Program-made: the position numbers and the translations under genes
Shown here: positions 1-12,500 of the stretch, piece after piece
Layout of the letters: the number at the start of each line of letters is the position of its first letter
Position numbering within the stretch: the stretch's first letter is position 1
Notes under the pieces: model-generated
Told to the model about the DNA's origin: nothing
The model's database searches: none
The model's input: the letters and a program-made list of their open reading frames with translations, nothing else
Source of the DNA: Phoronis australis
Lineage: Eukaryota; Animalia; Phoronida
Assembly: GCA_002633005.1 (NCBI GenBank)
Contig: NMRA01000257.1
Coordinates: 154,731-218,730 of the forward strand
Direction: 5' to 3'
DNA length: 64,000 bases

Positions 1-337
1 CATTTACCCCAAAAATGGAATCATTTGCCGCACTAAAATGTCGCAAGGAGAATCAATACAATTTTTGAATGGAAAATGTTCGTATAGGTTCAAAAAACTG
101 CATGCTGACTGCATTCTTTTATCGTGTTTCTAGGGCGGACCCGGCACCACCTAAATCCGTGTCTCATCCTGGGGTTCAGTATAAATTGCACAGCAATTAT
201 TGATGTCATGTCTAGTATTTGCTGAGATACCAATCAGATAATATCGGGCACTGTGCGCGGTTGAAATCCCGATCTATATTGCACCTTACTGGCGGAATTA
301 ATCAAAATACGTGTCTTGAAATTGGTCAGACACTTAC

Positions 338-514
338 TAACAGATTCATGAGAGCAACAGGCATCATGAACACAAAGATACCACTGAGAATATATCCGTC
401 CACGCCAAGTGTGTTGGAGGAAGCGTTCTTAATGAAGGTGTCTTTAAAGTTCACCTCACCAACGGACATGGAGAAGGTCGTTAAGATGGTATTCACAGTG
501 CCCGTAAAACTTGT
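338..514 (-). CDS. TRPA1: TRPA1-like exon: pore helix, selectivity filter and S6
   Basis: ttctttcag|ACA...TTA|gtaagt; TSFTGTVNTILTTFSMSVGEVNFKDTF...IFVFMMPVALMNLL resembles TRPA1 TFSMMLGDINY...IVLMNLL. Confidence 0.93.
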
Positions 515-3500
515 CTGAAAGAACAAATTGCAGTGTAATACTACAAGTGAAGTAATTATTCAGAGCTTTTTGTCCAGTAGATTGCATGGTGCAGGTACAT
601 GAAGACAAAAAGTTCCAATAAACACACATCAGATGAACCAATTAGGTCGATAGTAAGATCATTCGAAATACCGGTGAACTTTAACTTCTTGTATGTCCCA
701 GCTTGCTGCTGATGACTAGCAGAGACAAAACGCACATTGGGAAGGCCGACTACGGCTTCGTGAACGTTTGTTGTCGCTTCTAATTAGACGTTCTATCAGG
801 ATTCTTGTAGAAATTTCATCGTTTTGCAACGGAATTATTGGTACTGCCATGGAATGGCTCAAATACAGACAGAGTACAAATCATACACTCTCCACACAAA
901 CCATGCAGTATGATCCATAATAAAATTGTTTTGCTATCGATGAATTAAAGTAGCCGCTGTACCTCAATATCCCTAAATATAACACCAAAGGCGCTCGCGA
1001 ATGCCATCACAAACAATATCCATACGGCGGTAGCCTGTAAAATGAAACGAGAGGTTTTAGTATGCATGGCTCAATAGGACGATAGAGAAAAATATCACGC
1101 GATTTATACGATATCCATTTCAGAACAGTGATATTATGTATCATAAAAGTATACTAGGCGCTTGAATCTTAAAGGAGATACATGTAAAAATCTTTCAGAG
1201 GTGTATTTGCGCATTCAAAGCAACATTTTTATAAGTGTGTGAATGTTATTGGCCGTCTTGACGAGTTAGAAAACAAATTTCCCTCTAATAAGGAACACTG
1301 AGACACGACCACTTTTCGAGCGTCATGTAGACTAATTTAACAACTAGTGTTATGGACGTTGTTTGACTTCTTATGCAATTCATAAGAATGTATCTCTAAG
1401 ACTTTAAAAAACCAGCTCGCCAACGCCTTGTTTCAACATTCAACTTAAAAGAATCGATTTAATTTGAAAAGCTCGATTTAATCGAAAGCATCGACTACAT
1501 ACACATTGGGTTCAATTTCCACGTCGAGGCAGTCAAATTTTTAACCATTTCACTAAAAGCTTAACTTTAACTAAACTGTTTTCATTAGGACAAGTTGACA
1601 TCATAGTTATGCCTCAAATACATATCTGAAGCTGACTTGATACTCTTAGCAACCATTCCTAGTTGAATTGACGAATTTGGTCTCCCTGACATGGTGTCTC
1701 AGTAGTTCACTAGTCGACATAGGCGCACTGGATTTTGCTGTGTGTGTGTGGGGCGGGGGGACATATGATATATACATTAGTTTACCGGCCTGATTTTACT
1801 GGCCATACACGGGGGACACCTCCGGACACGACCATTGGAGAACTGTGGTTGCCCATCCCTCCTTGCGACATTATAAACCCGACATTTTCCTACCAGATGC
1901 TGTTTGGTTGAAAATTGATATCGATTTCACCGAATTTCGCATCAAATTTTCTTGAAACATAGTTCATTTGCGCAAGCTCATAAATACAAAAATTTGAAAG
2001 CAATGAACACTTCACATCATTTCAATTCTTGCATGTTGGGGTACAAGATTTTCTTTAGTTTAAGTCCTTATTTCTCAATGAGAATTCTTTCAGTGATTCT
2101 AGAGGGCATGCGAACAAATGCCGTACAATGGGCACCAGAACCGTAAACCATCATGGAAATCGAGGTATTCCATGAAGGTTTTGGCGTGTCCCCAAAAATT
2201 TTTTCGCAATTTCGGGGTCTTACCGTAGTGAATTCTGGTGCATTCCAGTGGCAGCCTTTTCCGTTTTAGAGTTAAACTTGCATGAAACTAATCAACAAAA
2301 CCCTCATTTACCGCCGTCAATACATGTATCTTGTCCATATTTGTGCCTGCCAAACCTTATGATTGTTCTTAAGTGTAGAAAGAAGTAGACTGCCAATTTT
2401 CATATGTCTGATCCTTCGTATCTTTGTAACTTACAGCTTTTGTTTTTTTAATGTTGAAAGCTGTTCATTTTTTCTGATGTTAGTTTAAACAAGTGAAGCA
2501 CCAACATTTTTTGTCAATTCGGACTATTTCATCCACCCTAGAGGTCAAAATATTATCTTCTTGTACCTTCAGTGAAGCTGATAAGCAACTCTCCAAACAC
2601 ATCGTTCACGATGGACTATGGGCGCATATCAAGGCTTATCGTTGCTCTCATTAACGTTAGATGCTGTGCTGCCCAATTTTTTTCTTCTTTTGCCCTAAGT
2701 TCTCTTAATTTATGTCCACATCCAGGGAGGCAATTTCACCCTTCATGTCCCTCCAAATACGCCTATGTTGGTCGGTAGAACTCTTGTCCAAAATGCGAGT
2801 TACCCCGTTTTTGAGCTCAATTTTCATCAGTCGTGTCAGGACGGTGTAGAATTTATTGATTTACCTTCAGTAGTGTGTGGAGAACTGTAGTGAACATGAT
2901 GACGTATATTCCGATGGAGTCCAGTCTAAACAAAAGTAAGCAAAGTCAATTATACGAGACTGCATCAAACTCTCTCACTGTACACAACTAAAAGCTGCCA
3001 TTAACAAGTTTCTGTCAAAAAATATCGTCTGATTTAGACGCCTTGCCATTACAAAATTTTTGCCAAGTTGTTCTTGGCTAGAGAAATACTGGCTATTAAC
3101 AGGAAGACATTAATTGATAATGTCTTCCTGATATTCTGAATTACTGCACGAGATCAGGGTCAACTGGAAAGTTGGTTGGACAGGCAGGGTCATTATATTC
3201 CCTAAGAGTATGACCTTAAGCACAATAGCTGCATTGCCGATACTGGTGATACATAGGGGTAGGAATGACCAGTATCGTGTTGTCCAGGGAAAAGGGAGTA
3301 TTTGAATGTCATGGCTTTAATGATGGTTGGCTTGTTCTTAGTCCAGATATCCAATGATGGAATAGAAATGTTTGCATGTTGTACTCCATGTGAATAATGA
3401 GACGACTGACTTGGAAGTGTTGACGGACAAAAAGCGATCAATATGTCTTTGAGTGTGCCGCTACTAAGAGTCAAATGCATTTTCAAGACAGTGTCTTATT

Positions 3501-6500
3501 ATTATTTCTACATGCAGAATCTCTAACTGGCGTCGGTGCCAGCTCCAAATGTCTTCTATTTTCCTTTAGCCAGTAAGCAACGAGCGTAACATTTCTATAT
3601 GAGGTGCTTCCACGAGATACTGCTGCTGAGAGACAGGGTCCAATGAATGGAATATTCACAACTGTAGGACTACATGTAGAAAATGCGTGCCAGTGATAAA
3701 TGCTGAACGTGGTACCATGCCATCTGTCAACTGTTGACCCAATTTGTATGAGAATTTAGGTACCGATGTACTTATTTTCGGTGTCGTCTCCACCTCGACT
3801 TTACCGATATCATTTATAAACGGAAAAAGTATATGACACCCGATAGAATTGAGACGAATACCTGGCAGTTTCTCGCACATGTACACCACCACTCGCTGTT
3901 CCTGTATGGTGTGAAAAGCCGAAATGCAAGACAAGAGGTTTCCATCTAGGCCATACTAAAAAAAGTTTGGTTAAAAGTCTGATGAGTGGCTAGAACACCT
4001 AGCTTAAGTCAAGTACATCGTCTGACTGATCATCGTTTCCTAGATCGTGTATGGTTAGGGTCAGTTCAGATTCACCAACATTGAATAGTTTCCACGTAAA
4101 AAATCCCCCTGTCGTCCAGAATGTGGCAGTGGTGACTAGAGGTCAGCCATGTATGACTTTGGAGAAAGTGCAACCTCCGTGCTCTCAATACTTGAGAATA
4201 TGAATTGCGTTGAACTTCAACGGGTTTACTAGCAAGATGACAGAAGCTAATGATAACTAAAAATGTGCCGATGGAAACAGTTGATTCCCGTGCCGTCTGC
4301 CAGAAAAGTCTGTGGATACATCGTCTGTTCTAGTGGATTTGTTTACATTCAGCGTGTTCACGAGCTTTCAGACGCCATCGGTAGATGATAGCTGAGAAGG
4401 AGTAGCTATATAAGCGCAGAGACTCATGTCTGGGTAGGTGCATGTACACGTACTCACAGGTGAAGAATGGTCGTTGGTTCTAGTGATCGTTTAATAGTTT
4501 CGGAGATGCCAAACGAGTCTTTTCTCTCGGAATTTATCATAGTGTAATATGGTTTGCTTGAGCGCCCAATAGAAAGAACTCAGACAGAGAAATAGCACGT
4601 AAACGCTTGAAGCCTGTCCAGTCTCTGTTTCGTGGCCATATCTCGGGGGAATTACTTTTACGTCACGGGATACTGTGTCACAGATAGTGCACAATTGTTG
4701 CAAACTGTGGCAAGACATTTGCCAGCAGTAGTAACTGTGGAAGTGTGGGTTTGGCCCACTTCCGAGGTCCTCTGCAACGTTTCATTAAACCTATTGTTTA
4801 ATAGATTGAAAGAAATAATCGATAACCTGCCCCCCTAAACATAGGGGATGCTGATTCGAGAGTAGGTATGGCCTTTCCAACCTTTCACGACTACGAGTGA
4901 TTCTGCACTGTTTACGAAGAACATGCGAGGCTCGTGGATTGACTTTTCTGGAAGCACGAGACCACGGTTTCGTCTACCAACTTGGATATTTTATTTAGTA
5001 GAATAAACAAATTCACGTGCGTTTCTCATATAAGTTGAAGGGAAATAAACAAACAAAACAAACATTGGTTATAGCGCTATCGTGGTGTTGTTGTAATGCC
5101 AGCGGCTTTGTAACAATTAGCGCCATTTGCAGGAGGTGTTGAACAACAAACAGACTTGTCCCGCTTCGTTACCCGACCTACCCTATAACAACTGCTGCAC
5201 TTCTTTCGCACACGGCGTTGTCGCTGTGTTTTCAGGACTCAAGTGTCACACACTGTAGGTCTATGTTCCCTCAATTTGTCATACTTGGATCTCAAGAAAG
5301 ATTGAAAAACTCTTAGAGAATCAATGGTTAAGTCGAAAACCTCACCTCCTCAAGTACATAATTAGATTGATCCACGAGAGGAAGACGAATATCCAGCCAG
5401 CTCGCCACTGTAGCACACATGGTATCTGAGAGGGTGGCACCATAAACACCATACTGCTCACTAGCAACGCCAGGTGAAGCAAGTTGTATTGGTCTAGGAA
5501 TGAGTCTAGGCCCTGGTGTCATAAACAGAAACATCTTAGCCCTTGAGACTAGTAACATCATCATAGAATAGATAAAGTGCTTATCAAATTCGTAATATTA
5601 AACCTAAACTAAAACTGAATAAAACGTATGTAATGTCACTTACCCGAAAAAACATAGAGGTAAGTTTTCCGATGGCATTCAAACACACGAGAACAAATAA
5701 CATGATGGAGTGCTGGAAAATTTCACTCGTCTCCATCGAGAAGGATTTCTGTGGTTGGCCGTTCTGCAACATAACATTTCGTTGAAATATGTTTGGAGCA
5801 TGCGTGAATGTTCCGTTGGTCGAACTGATCGTGCCTATGTTACCAACGCTGTGATTGACTGTGTGAACAATTAGGTGTACCCATTTCCTTTTATAATAAG
5901 CATGACAAAATGACGCTGTAATTTGCAGTTTTGTTTTCGTTAGTCTTATGTTGGACGAAGATCCTCTACATGTGCGTGACCCTGGACCTCTAGAAGACGG
6001 GTCTTTACTAGACTCATTTTGAGATCACCAACTAAAAAAATAAAAACGCCCGTCTTAATCAATTTCACTAAGGTCTTCATGTTTGTTTTTGTTTTTTTTT
6101 TGGAAATATGCACAAAAGCAGACCCGGCTCGTAAGAAATATAAATCTTGCATCATTTTTCCTTCCACGTATTAGGTGGATTTTCTTTTTTGAAACAGTGA
6201 GCTACAAAAAATGCCGCACCACCGACTCGAACCAACAACAAACCAGAACCAACTATGCTGTTTTGGTTTTTAAATAAGTTTGATGCATTAGAAATAGCAA
6301 ACTTTTTGATAGATCACATGAGCTGTTAATCCGGCAATGAATACGATGGCTCACAATACAGTTAATTCCCTTATTTAGCTCACCTGTATGTAATACTCGA
6401 CAAGAGTTGAGTTAAGTCTCTCAGACTCATTTAACACAATAGGGCATCCGTTTACGGCATCTACGAGGCGAGATTTGTAAGGCAGCATCTTCAGCAAGTA

Positions 6501-9500
6501 GGAATAAGACAGCAGAACGAAGAGTAAGAAATTAAGAAAATTGATGGTAAAGCCAACACGGCCAAATCTTCGCCTGAAACAAAATGTGCAGAAAAAAAGT
6601 AACTTGATAAAAACGAGCCGCGCAAGACACATTAAAACGGCTTTCAAATCATTTATCCTGTTAGAATTGGTCTCATAATTATTCTTGGTCAGCTTTATGT
6701 TGATTTCTGGAGCTAGGAAAGAACTAGTAAGTCGTTATTACTTTGGGAAAGGCTTTACAAGTAGTATTGTCATAGTGTGTTATTTTATGTGCAGATAGAG
6801 CATGTTCGCAAGCTAATAACAAACTGCCAGTTATTTAGAGCCCAGGTGGCGCTGCTCATACGAAAAAGGGGGAAGAGGAGACCACTTTACAGTGATAAGT
6901 GGCCTGAATGAAACGTAAGTTCCTTTGTCAAAAAGCGAGTCGTTTTAAACGAAGAAGTTGGAAAAATTGAAGACCATTGGTTACTGAGCGTGTCGGCGTT
7001 GTGAAACTTAAATCCCACACAGAGATTTCGAGTTTTTTTACAGTAATTTATAACCGTGTGACTTGTGACCATTTGCGGCGACGAGTTCTTGCTTCGTGTC
7101 ACACAGTGAACAAATAAGACTTACCATTTGTGAGCCATCAGTGCCTGGCATAACGAATGAGAGAGAAGGTGTTCTCGCTTGTATTTCACCATAGTCTGCA
7201 ATGTTAAACAGTTACGTAACTTGGGAAAACTTAATATTTACTTATATAAAGTTATTCACGGAATCATTTTTTTCAAATTTAGCTATGATTAACCAGTATA
7301 AACGTGATACATCTTCTATGCAGCTTAGAACTACTGCTGCATATATAATTTCCCGTCTTTATCCTCAATCATTTAGGAAAACTCCGATTAATGCAGGTTT
7401 TCTTTTGTGGAATAGTTTATCACTGGAACTTAAAGTATTGTAACCAATGTATCTCTTTTTAATGTAATGGTTGAAATTGTGTTAAATAAATGATAATCCA
7501 ACCCCTGCCCCAACTAAATTACGTTTATCGCATGATTTGTTAACCAACTGAGAGCAGGGTTATACCTCAACTCACGAAAGTTCTATCATGATTTTACCAA
7601 CTGTACTCATAAGAGTATCTGTAGTGCAGCTAATAGTAATGCTCACTAATTGCTCACATGCCTTGTCTATAATGTTGAACGTGAACGGCACTTTCACAGC
7701 CTCCAATCCAATGATGAGATTTGGTTTCATTTTCATAGCCTTAACAATAAGCATGAAAAACTGACTTTTTAATTGTTACAAGGTTTTATTTTAAAATCTT
7801 CGTGGTTTCGTTTTTAAACGACATAGAAAGCAAGTGATTCAATTTCTAAGCTGTGCTGTGCTTTTTGTTGTTTCATTCTTTTTTGTTAATATAGGTGTGT
7901 TAGTCCTTTAATGTCGTTATTTTAGTTATTTTCTTTGTCGGAGTTGATTATTATAATTTTACATAACATGACAATTTATCGCCATGTATAAATGAAACTA
8001 GATATAATGATTGGTTTTCTAGGCTACTACCTTGTACTATTATTGTACATGACAAACACAAAATGCACAGCGTTTGCTAAGAAAGTCCGCGGACCTGTGT
8101 TCTTACAGCTGTCAAACATTTTCAGTCTTACCATCAAGGCCCAGTACTTCCTTTTCTTGCAACAAGCGTCATCTGGTGGTGGATCCACATAATCGAAACG
8201 ACACATCATCTGAAAAACAATGAGACTTCTATAATCGAATAGCGCACAGTCTCAGCATACGTCCATATGTCGGAGACTCTTAAAAGAGTCTCCGACATAT
8301 GGATTTTGACTATCTTTTTAGCGCCTACTGAATGTTTGAGGTGTACATGTAACTGGGAACCAATTGGTGCCCATTTGAGTAACTAGTGTTAGTTCATACA
8401 TTGAAGCATGTCAAGGTTATGTAGAGCCTTAGAAAAATGTCCAAATTTTGCTAATTTCGGAAAATCGTATTTCAGGTGAAACTTTCACATAATATACTTT
8501 ATGCAATGCTCTCAAAAACGAGTTGTAGGAGTTGTTTTTAAAGTGTTTCGCTTTTGCACGAACATTGTCAGAATAGGACTTTTTGATTTGCATGAAAAAA
8601 TCAAAAGTTGCACCTAGTCAAAACGAAATGACATTTTGGAAGACTGTAACAGCACTTTTAAGATTTTGTTGTAAAAATTATTTATCATTTAATTGATACC
8701 ACTGTTTTGTTCATTGACCCGACTCATGATAGATTGGTATGAAGTTAAAAATTGAAGTCTGCAAGCTTTCTATTTTCAGAAAATATATGCATATACTATT
8801 ACGAACTATACATGCACATACTATTACAAACTATACATGCACATACTATTACAAACTATACATGCATATACTATTACAAACTATACATGCATATACTATT
8901 ACAAACTACATGTATACATGCGTATACTATTACAAACTATACATGCATATACTATTACAAACTATACATGCATATACTATTACAAACTATATATGCATAT
9001 ACTATTACAAACTGAATTTCTAGAGTTTTGTAGACATTTGACTAAATGCACAGATTTCTCTATAAACTCCAACATAATCTTAACTACCGTGGAACTGCTC
9101 GTTATGAACTGTCGATTTTACATAAATGGCAAGACAACATGAGATACAAATCAACCACATAAAACTAAGTACAAATTACCGTTGATGTTGAGTCATTTAG
9201 CTGCATGCAATGGTTTAGCACAACTTCTGCACCTTCCGGTGTATACTTGATGAGATTTTCCATAGGTGTGAATCCCTCTCTGTCTCGCACCGACATCGCC
9301 TTTTCCCAGCTGTGAACGTATAGCGTTAGTGAAAAATATATTTTTTATCGATGTCATACATAATCCCATCAACTCTACATCCAGCTATGATTAGAGACCA
9401 GTTTCCGCGTGGTCTTCATTTTCGTGGTTGTGGGGTGTTTCCATAGAAGCGATTAACGGAACGTGTTCCTCAAATAATTCCCTTCCAATGGTTGCCTTTT

Positions 9501-12500
9501 CGGACAAAATTCCTATAAAAGGTTTGCCTTCGATTTAATTCAGTACAAAAGGGTCACTCTGGGAGTTTGAAACTCAAAATGAAGGTCTTCATATCAACTT
9601 TGCAAATTACAGAAGGAGACGATGACTGCAATGACAGCGAAGATAACTTTGTGCAATTTAAATGCTACTTCAATAAGTTTTCACATTTCTGGAGGCGTTG
9701 CAAAAAGAATCTAACGGGAAAGTAAATTACAATAAAGGTTTAAGCGCCTTCATGTGAATGAAAATGACGCAAAACTAACGGATATTGTCCGACTACCTTG
9801 TGTGGTTCAACAGTGCAACAACAGCATCTGTCATTTGATGTTTAATGGCTCTGTCTAACGCAGACTCTCCAGCACTGTTCTTAATGGTCACGTCAGCATG
9901 ATGATCAAGTAACAACTGGACAACTGCACCATGTCCCTCGTAGCAGGCGTGATGAAGGGCGCTGTTCTGCAAAAAAATCGCTCGCAGTGGCATAATGTAC
10001 ACAAGTATGATAAAACGCTGAAAAATGCCAAAACGCAGTTACTGGTAATTAATAAAACAGTAAGAAAAGGGTAGCAAAAAGGGCCTAGACGTGTCGTCCT
10101 TGTGGATTTCTTCAGTTTTAAATGGTTGTAAACAACAGCCGCGGTGTACACCAAAATAAAACAATAGTAGCATGTGCAAGAAAGGACGGGGACACTACAG
10201 TGGGGAATTAGTTAGAGGATTGAGGGAAAGTGGGCTATAGATTGACAAACCTCGAGATAATATGGTAAATCCGACATCGCAGTTTATACCGTGAGTGTGA
10301 GTTCGATAGTTTTATGTTTGACTTACTGCTTCCTGCAAAAGTGTATCTCAGGGAGACGCCTGGCCATCATCAGGGCAACAAGGTCGTCGTCCACTGACGG
10401 GAACCCTGAGTTGAAATGTTTTCCTGTAGGCACACCAACGTTGACGTTTTTGATAGTTTGACGGTAGCAATGCATACGTTGCCTGACAGTGCAGAAAGTC
10501 TCAACAATGACCACGATAACGGGCATCTGCGGCAACGATTACAAAAATCCCGAGCTTTCACAGCTGTAATTATCAGAAACCATGGTGAAAAAATGGCCGT
10601 GCTTGCAAGTCATACATCTATAGTTTTATCACACGATTACGTTCCGGTGTGACTCTCTCGTCCGCCGGCGTCATTGGAGGTGAAGTATTTTCAACTGATA
10701 GAGGTTTGCCGGAAAACTAGTATGGGAATGTTCAGAAATACACCCCAAAGAGACGTGTTCCTAAGTAACGGTAGTGATGTCGGATTTGCTAATCGTCTTT
10801 TACTGTCTTTTACTACATGCATTATTTCGGAGATTAGGGACACATTCTTGGAAAGAAAACGAGATACGTCACGGACGATAGACTAAAATGGCTTTTTTAT
10901 TGGTAGCGGTAAAAGAAAGTTTGAGGTCACAAAATGTTGTCAATTGGGTCGTATGTCATAGGCAAAACCAGGTAAAGTTCAGTAACGCTAGGACCTACGC
11001 TGGGACCTCGCTAAACCTAGCCAAAATCACGACGTGTTCTTATTTACGGTAATATCTCGTGTAATCACACGAAGTCTTGCTTTTTGGCGAGGTCCCGGTA
11101 TTACTGAACTCTACACATGTTTGTTTAGAACTTCTGCATTACTTCCTAACCTTGATTTTATCCAGTGCGTCTATTGAAGGCCCGTTGGCTAGCAGTGTCT
11201 TAACAATCGAGCCGTGCCCGTTACACGCAGCAGTCATCAACGGCGTTATGTAGTTTTCATCCCTAGTCAAAAATAACAAAAGAGACATTGTTAATAAAGA
11301 TTTTAACATTCAGTAAGGATAGTATGCGCGTTTGTACAGCTTTCTTATCTGTACAACAATCAACTATGACCAATCAGATAACATTCTTATATAGTACCAA
11401 GTCTAAGTATAGTTTTGAAAACCGCTCGGTATACCAAGATGCTTATAGAATCACTGATTTCCTTTTAAAATTGGGCAGCGTTCCTCTTCATCCAACAGCG
11501 ATCCCGCATGAGAATTATTTTTCTAAATTTTTTAGAACTTTATTTTTTATTAATTAGTCTACTCACCTTGAGCTCAAATCTGCCCCGAACGACAGAAGGG
11601 TTGCAACGCACCGTTCGTGGCCGTTCTTACAAGCAAGGGAGAGAGGCGTACTTCCGTCGATGTCACCGTCATTAATTTCAGCCACGCCCGCGGAGAGCAA
11701 AATTTCTAAACACTCGTCGTGACCGGCCCTTCAAGTAAACCATTGTAATTTTGAAGTCGGTCCATAAATACGCAAAACGTACCGCGAGTGGCGTAGATGA
11801 AGTAATATATCCCACGAGACATTATTCCGTGGAATAATGTCGAGTGGGTTATTAAATCATCAACGCCAATCGAGGTACATTTTGTATTTATCCCATACGC
11901 TTCGAATTCCTAAGTTTCTTTCATTTTTTCGGCAGATTTTTAAAATACTTCACCCAGGCTGTTCCCGTGGCGGATCACATCTAATCCTACATGTATATAC
12001 CTGCGCGTTAGGCTGCAAGTTTTCTCTAGTGAAACAAACAGTTTTAAATGTAACGATTTCGTATTTGAAAAGAAATAACAAGGATGAAAACAACGATAAT
12101 TGTGCATTGAATTTGTAACATTTCCTGACAACAGCATTTGATATTGTAGTTACCGAGGAATCGGCGCCTGAGTTGCAGACGATACAATATTTAGCAATTG
12201 AAAACTAAGACAGAGGTGTCATATAATTATCAGTTTTGTACCACACGTTACGTTTGGGACCTGATTGCATGTTGAGTGTTATGTATACTGCTGCAATTGA
12301 ATTACTTTAAACTATTTTCGGAAAGTTTGATGATCGATCCGGCTAAAGACGTCGAGTCAACATTGACCAACCTTTTGAACTTTCCATGTCAGAGGTAACT
12401 GTTGAACGGTAGTGCGGGAGGTGAATACGAAAAACAATATTACATGGTCGTATTACACTCGACTGATTCAATGCGTATGGGATAATACTATAAGATTCTA

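Noticed and set aside
709-735. Hammerhead-like CTGATGA motif
   Set aside because: No GAAA core and no convincing stems.
3100-4450. Possible decayed LINE on the minus strand
   Set aside because: Only faint motif echoes (LVNPLKF, KLGVL) with many stops; cannot be supported without a search.
8739-9142. Overlapping ORFs with repetitive peptides
   Set aside because: Translation artefacts of the 25-bp minisatellite.
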